Shown here: one piece after another, positions 51,109 through 64,000 of the stretch
Numbering within the stretch: the first letter of the stretch is position 1
Layout: each line of letters opens with the position of its first letter
DNA from: Epiperipatus broadwayi
Taxonomy: Eukaryota; Animalia; Onychophora
Reading direction: 5' to 3'
Assembly (NCBI GenBank): GCA_028023455.1
Contig: JAQFVV010000009.1
Span: 8,804,001-8,868,000, forward strand
DNA length: 64,000 nt
The notes under the pieces: generated by a model
What the model was told of the DNA's origin: nothing
The model's input: the letters and a program-made list of their open reading frames with translations, nothing else
Database searches by the model: none
Program-made: the position numbers and the translations under genes

Positions 51109-53011
51109 GGTAATAGTATGTATACTGAACCCTACTGTTTGATGGTGCTGCTTTTCACCTAATGCACATCAATATACCAATTCGTGGGCTGTCGGTTTCT
51201 TTACAGAATACTACGGTAAAAAAAATTTTTTTTTCACTTTTTATATATAAAACTCGTATGGGTTTTTTTTTTTAAATAAACAAACATTTTGTTTTTATAT
51301 GGTGTTGGGGGGGGGGGGGGTTGCTTTTAAATTATTGACTTTTTTTTTATTATTTTGAGCCCTTTTTTATTTTGAATTATCGGTTTCTTTACATAATACT
51401 ATGGTAAAAAATATGTTTCCCCCCCTCTTTCTATACATAAAACTTGTACAGTTTTTTTTCCTTTTTAATAAACAAACACTTTGTTTTTAGTTGGTAGAGG
51501 GGGGTTGGTTTGTTTTTTTTTTTAAATAAACAAACATTTTGTTTTTATATGGTGTTGGGGGGGGGGGGTTGCTTTTAAATTATTGACTTTTTTTTTATTA
51601 TTTTGAGCCCTTTTTTATTTTGAATTATCGGTTTCTTTACATAATACTATGGTAAAAAATATGTTTCCCCCCCTCTTTCTATACATAAAACTTGTACAGT
51701 TTTTTTTCCTTTTTAATAAACAAACACTTTGTTTTTAGTTGGTAGAGGGGGGTTGGTTTGCTTTTAAATTATCGCCTTTTTTTTGGATTTTGAGCTTTTT
51801 TAAAGCCTTAAACAATTCAGTTTTAATAAACCAACATTGGTTTTTAGAGGATGGAGGTGGGTTGGTTTGAATTTTAATTCTCATCTTTTAATATTTTTTA
51901 CTGATGTACTGGAAACTTCGCATATTAATTTTAAATGTGTTCAAATGTAGAATACTAACAAAATATACAAATTATTGGAGGGGGTTGTTTTAAATTATTG
52001 ACTTTTTTCCTTATTGACTTTTTATTGATTTTAAGCTTTTTTTTTTGGAAAGTCTTATTAATCAATTCATTTTTAATAAATCAACAGTTGGTTTTTAGAG
52101 GATGGATGGGGATTGGTTCGATTTTTAAATATCATCTTTTATTTTCTTATTATGAGGTTTTTTTTTTAAATATTTACGCTATCGAAACCTTTATATAATA
52201 GCAAGAAGTTCTTCTTTTATTTTTTCACCTTTTTCAAAAACATTTTAGGGGGGGGGGGCAGAGAGTTATAGTTTGTTTGACTCCAATAGGAGATGTGTCT
52301 CAAAGCTGTAAATAACAGGATTTTGGAGCTATCCAACCAACTTCCCTCATGCAGACCCCAGGTATGCTTGCAGGAGTGGAAATGGAATTCCCCAGATCCT
52401 GTAGTTGACTACAATCATGCTCCTTCCACAAATGCCTAGCTTTGCATCTGGGAGGATGTTCTCTTTTTTGAAAAATCACAACAATGTCAACTTCTGTGGC
52501 TGGCAATTCACTCCCCTTCAACCAATTTTGAACACTGTTCACTGACATTTTACTGTTCTCGCATGGATTCATGTGTAAACATGCATTTGCGTGTGAACTC
52601 GGTGGAACTTTTGAAAACCCTAACCTTTTCAGGTTGTGTGCAGTTCAAAATTGTAGGGAAGCATGCGTGATGGCCTGACATTTCTTAATATGTAATACTA
52701 AATCCACTATGCTTTCTCAAAAATTTTCCACAATGAATTTTTTGATAGTTTCCCATCTTTCAAATATGGCCACCATCATCAGACCATAGTGAGAGTTGAA
52801 TTGTGCTCACTTGAGGAATACTGTCACAAGTCAATGGGTTTAGTATTTCATTACATAATTGTAAGGTACATCGCCCTCTAGACAGCCTGTTATGGCTATA
52901 AACAACACTGTTGTAGTGCTAGCCATGAGTTAGGCTGCTAAAACAGTATATTGATGTGCGTTGTGTGAAAAATATCATCAAGCAGTCAGGTTTAGTATAC
53001 TTACTATTACC
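51109..53011 (-). mobile_element. Merlin deletion derivative with intact ends
   Basis: TIR of about 23 bp, GGTAATAGTA(T/A)GTATACT(G/A)AACC. The 8-bp TSD is TCATAAAT / TCACAAAT (7/8 match). Subterminal sequence at 51140-51190 is homologous to the right end of 13431-15126. There is a ~240-bp internal tandem duplication (about 51270-51760). A weak Merlin N-terminal remnant (SVQNWLKGSELP) lies on the minus strand at 52300-52600. Confidence 0.82.
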
Positions 53012-53165
53012 TCACAAATAAACAAACTTTTATATTTACATAGTAATATAGATTTATTTGATTTTGACTTGCTTTTTAACTTGAAGTGCATTATTATTGT
53101 GAATCAAAATTGAATTTCCTTGATTAGTTAACACTTTCTCAATGTTATATCTATCTATCAATCTG

Positions 53166-53204
<39 letters not shown>

Positions 53205-56200
53205 GCCATTACAATTTGGTCACTAGTCAAATTTATAGTAATGTGCATGTAAGAAAGTGTAAAACAAAATCATCATCACATTTTTATATAATCATAAATG
53301 AAGCTGTAGGGCATCCAAGTTTAAACCCTACAAGGTCCAGTTCTAAAAGCTTTAAACAGAGAAAGAATGGGTCAACAATTACATGCTTTACTTGTTTGTG
53401 TGTTGATAGAAAGGTAATACACACATTTAAACTATTTAATATTTAATTTTTCTTTAAAAAGCAAAGTTATAATGCATACATATAGGCAATGTATGTGTAA
53501 ATTATTTAATTGTTTTATATTTCAAATATTAAACATTTTAACTTTCTTTAAAACTAACCTATGCTTGATCAATTCTAATATTTTATTCTATGCTTTTATT
53601 TTGCTTTTCTTTAATTATAAGTGGGATTTAAAAGTTACAGATTTAATTAAATAATTGGGTTATAATTACTAAGCTAGCAATTATAGTATTTAAGGTTAGT
53701 TTATGAATGATTTGAAAGAATGAAGGATGTGTGTACATTACATACAAAATTTTACATTTCCTAAATATTGAAAGAAAAGGAAGTATTAAATCTGTTAAAT
53801 TATTTTTTTGTACAATTGTTTGTTAAAAGAGGAAATCTGTTTAATCAGATATCGATCTTTGTAGTAAATTTTTTGTAAATGATTGTCACTTTGGAAGCTT
53901 ATAATGAGTCAGAGCTATAATTTTTGAAATTGTCTTATCAAGATCTAAAGAAGGAAGCTCAAAGATTTGAAGTGTTACCTGGATGTTAAAAGAAAAAAAA
54001 AAGAAAAGAAAGGAAATAAGGATTGAGTCTATTTTTTTTTTTAAAACAAAAGTGTCTGGAAAAAGGATTAAACTTTTCAGTTGAAAAATACTTTGGTTGA
54101 AAATAAATTAGAGATCTAATTAAAACAAATTTGTCCAAAAATAGCAAGTGATGCTATCTCTGATTGGTTAAGGTAGCTAAAAATTGGATATAAAAAGCTG
54201 TCTTGAATTATTATTATTATTATTGTGATTGATTCAGATTATTAAACTATCAAATTTGAATGTTGAAAATATAAGAAATGGCGGGCTAGAAAAATTATAT
54301 GTATATTCCATTTGCCGGACCATCTGGAGGAAGCTGCACATCACATAGGAAAGAAAAGATGTGTCTAAAATAATATTCTACACCTTTCAACTGACCAGAT
54401 AAATAAGATGTTTTTAATAGAAGGAAGAAAGCATTCACCTGCATTCAAAGAAGATGAATTAATCGACTGATAAATATTAATCATCAAGTCCAATTAATTG
54501 TTCCAACAACTGATTTTAAACTCAAGAAAATGTATAAATGTGAAAACAACTGCTGTATTTCATCCACATGCTTGACAGGAAGAGAAGAAAAATTAATATA
54601 ATGATTTCCAAATTGTCCACTAAAGCAAATAACCTCAATAGAGTCATCATCATTAAATAGTTATACACCTCAAGAAAGAGATTGTTCCCACATAGTAGCT
54701 GCAGAAATATAGACAAGTTTGAACCCTTGGAAATTTGCCACAAACAAAAGATCGGGAATATGACTTTTTATATCTATTTTCTTTATAATATCAGTCTTAA
54801 TAAACATTTTAGCAATAAAGTGATATATTTTATTTAAAGAACTTTTAAAGACTATTCAGATCGATTAAAAACAAGAATGTCTTACTAATAATAACTTTGA
54901 GCTTCATAAATTACCTTGAATGTATGAAAATTATTTGTTTATTAATTTTACAATATTAATGTGTAAAACAATTTTTTTATGGTATTATGATTTTAGTTTT
55001 AACTAATATATTATTATTATTTTGGTTTTAAATAATATTTTGTTATCATGGGATAAAACACGCACATACATAATGATATTTTATATGTGTATAATTGCGA
55101 TTGAATGTGGAGTAACAAGTAGTGTTAGAATATTAGATTAGTTTGTTTCATTAAGTATAGCATTTCAGAGGTAGAAGAGAGGGGGGAGAAAATAATTTAA
55201 AACTTGTTTCTAAAACTTGCTCTTTCAATTTTACTAACATTTTTTTTTATTCTATTTACATGTTAGATTTTTAAAGTATGTGTGCTAATGAGCAGATAAT
55301 ATTTTTTTTTAAATACTTTTCTCATGGAGTGAAAATCATGGTCAATGTGACGTCCAACTTAATACAAAATACATTTAACGGGAAAGGGGGAAGAACTTAA
55401 AATTAATCTGAGGATTGTTATATAATCAATTATTATTATTATTATTCATGTCAATTTTCATATTATCTAGAAATTTTTATGTATATGTTAGAAATGTAGT
55501 AATAAATATTAGTTTGTTTTATTAAACGAGGCGTATATATTTCATTAAGTGTAGTCTTGGTTAAGTGTGATTATTCATCATCATCAATGGTTGAATATTA
55601 GTTATTTAAGATATAAGTAAATATGCTAAAATTAAGCAATAATTATGAATTTCTTTATAAAATTTAGTTTTATGTTTAGGCTTAGTCCTAGAGCTGTAGT
55701 TGAAACCCTTGTCATTATTGTTATTATTATCATCATCATCATCAACATTTTAATTAATGAGCTGTTTAACTGTTTAAAGGCCATAAATAAATATTGATTT
55801 TATAATATTTAGTGATCTCTTAGTATTATTATAACCACATCCCATCATCTATTTCATGCAAGGATGAGTGAATTGCCATCCTAAATTAGTTATATATAAT
55901 CTGAGCTAGTGAACTTATAAAACTATTGAAACACATTTGTTATGCTAAGATCTGAGAAATGATTTATGTCTAATATACTCCACTTTGGTTTAAAGATGTT
56001 TTACTTTTACCTAAATATTAGTGCGTATAGTGATATGGCTCAAAAAGCAAAATCTCTCATTTTTATTAGAAATAAAGTACCAAAAAGGGATTCAAACCCG
56101 GTACATGTGAAAGGTTATTAGATATAACCATGTCTAGATTCAGATAATCTAGTGGCGCCCTGCTAGACCATATTCACTTAGTATTTGTTTAAACATGCAC

Positions 56201-56416
56201 TTAACATCAAACCAAGAAATGAAAGTGGATAAAACCTACTGTCTGTATACCTGAGTTATATTTTATTGAATTACGAGTGTACTCACTTCACGTGATTTCC
56301 ATATAATACATTGTTTTAATACTGGTTATTAATAATTTGATCAACCTTTACTTATGATCATTCAATGGACTACTCAGGTATGGTAATTTTTTTTTTTTTG
56401 ATTCTTTAATTTTGTT

Positions 56417-56451
<35 letters not shown>

Positions 56452-56478
56452 ATTACAAGCATAAAGCTAAACTAGTCA

Positions 56479-56944
56479 ATATAAAATCAAAACTACCCCA
56501 AATCCAAAATTAAAACAGACCAGCATAAAAATAATATTAAAACACAACCTAAGGTTTCAAGCAGACTCCTCAAGTGTAAAGAACTACCAAAAACTACACA
56601 ATATATATAATATTAAAAACTACCCACAAATCCATTCACTTCCCATCCACCCTTAATATTAAAAGAACTCTTAAATAAGTTAATTGCTTCAGAATAATAA
56701 ATTTTCAATAATAAAGACTCTTTAATTTAAAGACTCTTTTATTTAAGAGTTTTTTTAATATTAAGGGTGGATGGGAAGTGAATGGATTTGTGGTAGTTTT
56801 TAATATTATATATATTGTGTAGTTTTTGGTAGTTCTTTACACTTAAAAAGTCTGCTTGTAGCAGTGAAACCTTAGGTTGTGTTTTAATATTATTTTTATG
56901 CTGGTCTGGTTTAATTTTGGATTTGGGGTAGTTTTGATTTTATA
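56479..56944. mobile_element. Second long foldback with degenerate hammerhead motifs, probably inverted PLE terminal repeats
   Basis: Arms 56479-56677 and 56740-56944 are near-perfect reverse complements, flanked by (TA)n. Each arm has ACAC-TT(G/A)A(G/A)(G/A)A-G...GAAAC-CTTAGG-TT-GTGT. Confidence 0.6.
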
Positions 56945-56978
56945 TATATATATATATATATATAGTAAATCAGATATA

Positions 56979-57014
<36 letters not shown>

Positions 57015-57059
57015 TTAACAACTTACAAACAATATTTACATTTTAAACATTATCACTTT

Positions 57060-59540
57060 CTTTAACCATTACCAATCCATTGCAATATGAAAATCTGCAA
57101 ATTGAATCTAGTTTTTTTTTATTTATAGATTCTAATCACTCCAGAAAACTTTTTTATCTTATTCACCAATTTCAAATATGATTTTTTTTCTAACTTTTAT
57201 ACAATCTCTTGGAAAACAATTTAAGTTTTCTGCTATCCATTTATTGTCATCTATACTAACAGTATGTCCAATGCAATTCCATTTCAGTTTTTTAATTTTT
57301 AATGGTGGTGTTATTACTTGTTTGCTCTTTCAACAACATATTTTTCTTTTGATCTCTCCTTTTTGATCACAATGTCCATAATTTTCTGGATGGTTTGAAA
57401 TTATTTATTTGTTAAACAGTTAAGTCTTAGATTCATATGTAAGAACAAATAAAACATCTGTTAAAAAATTTTTTTTTTGAAATATATAGGCACATTTACT
57501 TTGAATGTTAAGATATTTTTACTAATAGCACTCAACTAAAGTTCAATTGTATTATTAATTTAGTCTATTATGCTTGCATTTGCCATAGTATACATAGTTA
57601 TTAATTTCTTCTATTCATGATTATCCAAACTTTATTTTCTTCTGCAAAAATCAATTGAATGTTAGTTTAGATTTTTAGTATTATTATTAGTCTAACTTTC
57701 TTGCTTTTGTTTAATAACTCTTATAATATTGCTTGAAATTCTGAATCATTATGTGCAAAAATAACCACTTCTGTAAAATTTAAATGATCTAATAATAATT
57801 ATCATTTATTTTTATTCAAAGCTTTTCATTTTAATTCACAAAAAGTTTTGGAGATATAGAACCATTCATCATAAATTTTTATTACCATTGATGTTTTTAG
57901 TATTATCATGTAATTTAATCTCTGTTGTTGCACTTTAATTAATTTTCTTGAGAATATAATAATATTCTGGGTCTATGTCTTGATGGTCCAGTGTTTTAAT
58001 TACTGTGGGAATACATTGGTTCTTTCTTCAATTTCTTTTTTTTAAATTTATTTTTGTTTGGAGTCTAAATGTAGATAATCTGTGATGATTTTAACATAGA
58101 TCACATATAGAAGTACTAAAAGTTGAATAAATCTGTAAATTCTAATATATTCTTTTTCACTTTTTTAAAATCACTATCAAATTATTTCACTCATTTGATG
58201 CATAGTCATCATTTAAACATTTTTCATATAATTTTGACAATTTCTCTATCTGCTTCTTTTAAGATTTCAATAATAATTCTGACATTTTCTGGAGATTTTT
58301 CCTTTTTTACAATGTTTAAATTGTGTATTTCTTCCTTTATAATGCTTGTCTATTTATAAAATGTTGTAATCATATATATATATTACTTTGTTGACTTGTT
58401 TTTTGTTACTATATAAATCTTTTAAATTTTTTATACACATTTCAGCTATCTGCCCTCTTTTTAATGACAGTGTCATCTTTTCTTATTGCTGAAACAACTT
58501 TTCTTCCAATATCAATATTTTATTTTATACTCCAGAGATTTTTTTCTATAGATTTTTTGCCAATTAGCAGTTACATTTTTTAATATCTTCATTAAGTCTT
58601 TTTTTATACCATTTTTACAGAATACCAATATTCAATTTTTTTTAATGAAACATTGTTTGTTTCTAAATACAATATCTTATCACAACTGAAAATTTTCTGA
58701 TAAATTGTTAGTTTTTTGTATTGGTTATATTAGTAGCAGATCTGAATCAGCTTCAAAAGTCTTAATATTTTTAAATGATTTGTAAACTATAATTTAAATT
58801 TTTGGAGTGTTTCTAAAGGTTAAAAATATCACTTGTTAATATTGTCTTTCTTAAATTTTCATATCTCTAGTTTTACATTAGTACAATCTATTAAAAATCT
58901 TGTAATCATGAAATACATACTAACTGTTAATTTAAATATTTAATACTGCCTATCTTTATTTGGATCATTCCATGTTGATTTAGCATCTTTTTTCAAGAAG
59001 AAATTTATAATGTGCAGTTTTTTTTCTGTAAATTCCACAAGTCTATATTTCTTTAATTTTATCCTCATAACCAATTTCATTCACCATACTTTCATCTTTA
59101 AATGGTTTTCTAATTCTATCATTAAAATGTTCCATAATAATTTTAAATTGTTTGATGCAATCAAAATCATTTTGGATATATATAAATCCTCTACTTCTTC
59201 ATCACAATGAGAACTTATTTGGACATAAGCCTAAATTATATGTATTTGGTATCTTCCATCAAATTAAATAATTAATTTTATAACTATCTGATATCCTATC
59301 AATCTCCACAATGTTATTTTTCCATTTTTTTATGTATAATAAATCTTATTTCTTTTGTATTTAGTATATTTGTGCTTTTATAGTTACTAAAGTACATGCT
59401 TACTTTTCAAAATAACTACATTTTCATTTTTTCTTCTAACTTCACAAAACTTACCAACATCCCATTTAATATTAGGCAGCTCTTTTAATTTAAACAAGCT
59501 TCCTTTAAAAAATGACAGATAGTTGTAGATAGCTAAATAA
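57060..59540 (-). mobile_element. Old, highly degenerate, longer RTE LINE copy
   Basis: The 3' end (accattaccaatccattgca) and RT region are colinear with 3359-5169. It extends further 5' into presumed endonuclease sequence. Confidence 0.7.
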
Positions 59541-61099
59541 AAAGATCATCATTGAATGGAATCTAGGTTTATAAAGAAATTCTTAATTCCCTCTATTTTT
59601 AGTCACTAACTACTGCATAGACAGCATAAGTGAAAAGGTATAAACATATAGATTTAAAAAAGAACAGGAAGAAAGGAAAAGGCCTGCATTATTCAAATAT
59701 TTTTTTAAGTAATCTTAAGTGATTGAATCTAACTTTAGCAATCTACTTCTTATTTTCATTGATCATAAATAGGATTACTTCATAATCATCAACTGCTGCA
59801 AAATCATCTTCTATATTTCAGTTATTAAATTATTGTATGTGTGGAGTTTGACTTAATGCTGTATGTTTTGATAATTGAGATATTATTATTTGATGCTTGG
59901 TTTGATATTTGATGGTTAGTATGGCTATAATGATGAATTGGTATTTAAATATTTTATATATTAAGTTTTAAGTGTAATTGTTGTTTGTATGCCATTACAT
60001 AGAATACTATAGGAGAGATTTAAGCTTATATATAAAAGGAATTTCACCCATTTCTTAATTTTATAGCCCTCAATGTATAGGTTATTGTGTTATTAGGTAT
60101 TGAGATTAAGGATGGCAATGTCTCAGATGTATTTATTTTAGACATTACAATGACATTATTGTTATTTAATTTTTAAATAAATTATTTTATTTCTTTTATT
60201 ACTGACTATTACTCAAATTATGAAATATAAAATATTGATATGCCAAATTAATAGGTGTCCAAATGCAACTCATGCTGGGTAAACTCGTCTTTTTACTTCA
60301 AGATTTATTATTAATTAGAAGAGTTTTATTTTATAATTTATAGATTTTATTTTTAAATGAATAAATCAAGCTTGAACTGTAACAATTTAGTTTATTAGTA
60401 AGTAAAAACAGTACTTTGGTATTAGAGTTGCTCTGAAGTATTGCAGCTGCATTCATCTTGCAATAATTCTAACTTTAGAATCTTGTAAAATAATGCTTGC
60501 TTGGGATCTTCAGACAAATGACAACCTAAAATTTTATTTTAAAAAAAAAAGAAAAAACAAATATGTATTTACCTTATATTGATGACCACATTTATTCTAA
60601 TCAAAATAATGAGCAATCACTGGGGCAGACTTCCAAAATAGAAATGAAAGTGTTCAATTTTTTAGTCAGCATTTTTGCACGACATCACAGCATAGTTTAA
60701 AATGTTAAATTAACAGCAAAAACAAAATTTTCAGTAGCAAGATTATTTCAATTGGAAGTTTGTATAATTATGAGATAAAAAAAATTATTTATTTTCCTTT
60801 TTAGAAGATTGTAAATCTGTTTAATTCAGTGTTTATTTACAGATTTGTTTTGAGATAGAGTTTAAATTGCAACAAGTCTAATTATTGTTTAGAATTTTAT
60901 CAAGTTTATATACAAATTTTATTTGTATATGTTTGTTTCATTTTACACAATATTAAAACTGTTGGTTAAAAAGTTTCTGAAACAGCATCCCCACAAATTT
61001 TAGTTATGAGCCTCCACTGCTTAGCATGGCCCCTTTATCTCTTGCTTTTGTGTTTTTGACTATAAGATCAAATTAAAAATGCTGTGTTTACATTTGGCA

Positions 61100-62060
61100 T
61101 TAGCTTGAAATTCATCTTTATTCCAGTGTTTGTCAGAAAATTTCATTTTATAAAAACCTTTGAAAATAATTGATAGAAAACAAATAATTGTAATTTAGAT
61201 AAATATATATGTCCCCCTTTTTTGTCAAAAAACTTAAGAATAAAATAAATACCATTTTCTTAGATTTTATTAAATATGCATATTGAAATCCAGCCTTATT
61301 TTAATATTTGTCAGAAAAGCAAGCCTTAATGAATCCAAGACTAAGAGAATAAGCAATGATCATTTTATTCTTAGATTTTCTAACTAGAATGTAAGTATGT
61401 ATATTTATATTTGATGTTCACGGAAGTTGGTCTGTTTTCTTCATATTCTTTGTATGCTTAGTGCATTTTTATTCATATTTGCACTTATTTTATTTCTATT
61501 AATTATTTAAGTTTTTGTCAAATGAGCTTTTAATCTTATCTTTGTGTATTTGATTATAAGTTCAAACCAATAACATTGCATTAATATCGGCTTAAGTTTG
61601 AAAGTCACTCGTATTCCAGAATTTGTCAGAAAACCAAACTTTAATAAAATCCAAGGTAAGAGAATAAATGATGACCATTTTATTCTTACATTTTTTGACA
61701 AAGAAACTGGGTGTATTTATTTATATTTGACAGTGCATGGAAATTTGTCTATTTTCTTATATATATATATTTAGTACTGTTTTATTGTTTGAAAATTCAT
61801 AAGAAATTCGATCATCAAAGTGACAGAACTGGACCATGTTGGGATATTTACAATTATTTGACTTCTATTGATTATTTGTAAAGACTCTTATAAATCGAGA
61901 GTTTGTCTCTTGCTTTTGTATACTTGATTATATATCCTAATTAATAATATAGTGATTATATTGGTCTTAAGTTTGAAATTCATCTTCATTTTAATGCTTG
62001 TCAGAAAAGCAAACTAATGAAATCCAAAACTGAGAAAACATACAGATACTGTTTTATTCT
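61100..62060. repeat. Dispersed imperfect direct repeats (about 4 copies, 200-370 bp spacing)
   Basis: tgtcagaaaa..caa..cttaat.aa.atccaag..taagagaataa..aatga.cattttattctta recurs at about 61130, 61310, 61625 and 62000. Confidence 0.7.
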
Positions 62061-62194
62061 TAAGTTTTTATGATAAAGAAAATTAATCCATTTCTTTTAT
62101 ATTGCAACACACACATATATATCATTACATTGTTTAAAACTAAAAAAACATCATTTAATCCCAGCCTTTATAATGCTTTTTCAATAATAATTAT

Positions 62195-62420
62195 TTATAC
62201 TGATAAAGAAAGGGACATAGGAAAAGCCAAGGTAAAACTTCAAGTAAAAATTGAAAAGATAATTAACAAACATTTTCTTAGAGAAAATATGGATAAAGAA
62301 AGAGACATTGGAAAGACCAAAGTTAAACTCAAGATGATAGGTGAAAAGATAATTAATATAAATTTTCTTAAAGAATATATTGATAAAGAGAGAGATATAA
62401 GAAAGGAAGTATGGATAAAA
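62195..62420. repeat. 90-bp tandem repeat, about 2.5 copies
   Basis: gataaagaaag(g/a)gacat(a/t)ggaaa..ccaa.gt.aaact.aag... repeats with a 90-nt period. Confidence 0.8.
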
Positions 62421-64000
62421 AGGAGTGGAGAGAAAGGTTTGGGTGACAATCAATCATTTACCAGAAGGTTGTCATTTCCAAGAAGAATTTGAGTACTTAC
62501 TTAACTAAGAATGTAATAAGATATGATTAAGAAAGGTCTAGGTGTGTAATGGTTTGATGATATGATAAAACATTACATGTAAGTGGTTTAATGGGCACAA
62601 AAAAATTAATTGGTTATTTATTTTTCCCCTATAACTGGAGGATTTTGATCCTGTGCTAATGCACATTAATCTATTCAGCTGCTTAACTTATATGTTCATG
62701 CTATTTAAAAAATAAATAAATAAGAGAAATAACGAAAATGATAAATAATATTGTAAATAAAATATGTAGGGATTATGCTATCTAAGTTTTATTTAATTGA
62801 TATAATTAATATTCATGTAATTATGAGTTCTATATATAAAATCTGTAATGACTTAAAAGTTATTAGAATATGTAGCTCTAATCACTCTAATAATTAATTG
62901 ATAAGTATGCTTTTAAGAGAAAGATTGTTGCTTAGTTTATGCTTGGTTTTATATATAATGAAAAGTAAATGAAAGTTAGATATAATATAAGACTGAGTAA
63001 AGTTAACTTTCATGCTTAAAAATTGTAAGCTAGTTAATGGATTTATTTATGTCATAATATCATTGTTAAAATGGTTTTTTACGTTGATTAATAATTAATT
63101 TAAATTATTATAGTATTAGAGTTCAAAAGATTTAAATAAACTTAATGTATTTAAAGTAAATATTAAAGTTAGTTTAAAAATGCACAAATTAACTATTAAA
63201 CAGAGTAAATTAGAAAGCATGTAAAATAAGTTCCCATATGTGTGTATGCATTTATATGCAAGCATGGTGGTTTATTAAAATATTGTTTGTTATAAGTAAA
63301 GCTAATTTTAGTTTACTAATTTATTTAAAAATATGAATGATTAGCTTAATATTGAAATTGTTAAAATAAATAAGTTAAGAGCTTCTTATAAATTAAAAGT
63401 GATAATTTAAATTAATAAATGTAGATTTATTTTGTTTTAATTTTTTATTAATAATTAAATAATTAACAAAAGTAAAGTTCAACTTTTAGAAAGTTTTAAA
63501 TTATCATGTGGTAATTAAAAAAGTAGATCAATATTATATAATTTTAATTTAGTACCATGTTGTTGTTTACATACTTTTTAATAGAGGTCAGATTTTTAAA
63601 AGGTGTACCCATCAAAATAAAAGGTATAAAAATAAGTGATTTTTTTTAGTTTGTGTGGTGTAAGTCTGCTTACTTTTTGACTGAATTTTTCTTTCTCTTT
63701 CTAAGAATCCTTAACAAGAAGACAGCAATGTTTAATTTCAATTTTTATTCTAAATTTAAAAGTATTAATTTTTTAAAACTTTTATTATTTCTAAAGTAAC
63801 AATGCATTGCTAGAAACAAAATAAGGTATTGAGTTTTTCTATGCTTTAACCTAATCTAGAAACTTTTAAAGAAAGTAAAAAAATGCCTAAAGAAAAGTAT
63901 TGCCTTTTATTAATATATTTATCTAACCATTCCTGAACAGAAAGTTATGGAGTGAAAAAGTAACATGTTTTGCATTATTTTTCAAAACTATAACAAACAT

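Noticed and set aside
52755-52795. CTGATGA...GAAA on the minus strand as a third hammerhead
   Set aside because: The stem II spacing is wrong and no stem I/III or cleavage triplet is present.
54240-54745. Coding-looking minus-strand segment with acceptor- and donor-like motifs
   Set aside because: All frames contain stops between the candidate splice sites and no family is recognisable; it is probably a decayed TE.
56085-56180. B-box-like GGGTTTGAATCCC on the minus strand as a tRNA or SINE
   Set aside because: No cloverleaf can be formed and the spacing to the A-box-like motif is unconvincing.
60400-60700. Possible 47-nt minus-strand intron (60526-60572) with flanking exons
   Set aside because: The GT-AG signals look plausible, but no consistent reading frame runs across them.
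473-62449. Most short (60-110 aa) ORFs in the supplied track
   Set aside because: They are low-complexity Phe/Ile/Leu/Lys-rich products of AT-rich DNA or antisense shadows of TE ORFs, with no motifs or splice support.

Overview
Very AT-rich, CpG-poor animal (probably invertebrate) genomic DNA, mostly decayed transposable elements. The one confidently identifiable host gene piece is the last coding exon (9111-9297, +) and long 3' UTR of a DDX3/belle/PL10 DEAD-box helicase. A possible terminal exon of an unknown gene converges on it from the minus strand (12729-12787). Mobile elements include: (1) five Merlin (IS1016/IS1595-like) DNA transposon pieces, two with 8-bp TSDs and one with a recognisable but broken DDE transposase; (2) three RTE LINE copies; (3) a decayed Ty3/Gypsy pol (about 17.0-21.4 kb, -); (4) a complete but internally deleted Gypsy-type LTR element (38445-46396; TG..CA LTRs of about 2.2 and 1.8 kb; 4-bp ATAC TSD) inserted 7 bp upstream of a tRNA-Gly(TCC) pseudogene, with apparent spliceosomal introns in its leader; (5) two long foldback palindromes (31.3-31.7 kb and 56.5-56.9 kb) carrying minimal type I hammerhead ribozyme motifs of the kind known from Penelope-like elements; (6) fragments of APE-type LINEs. 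No bacterial features or CRISPR arrays were seen. All alignments were done by eye; no database search was possible.
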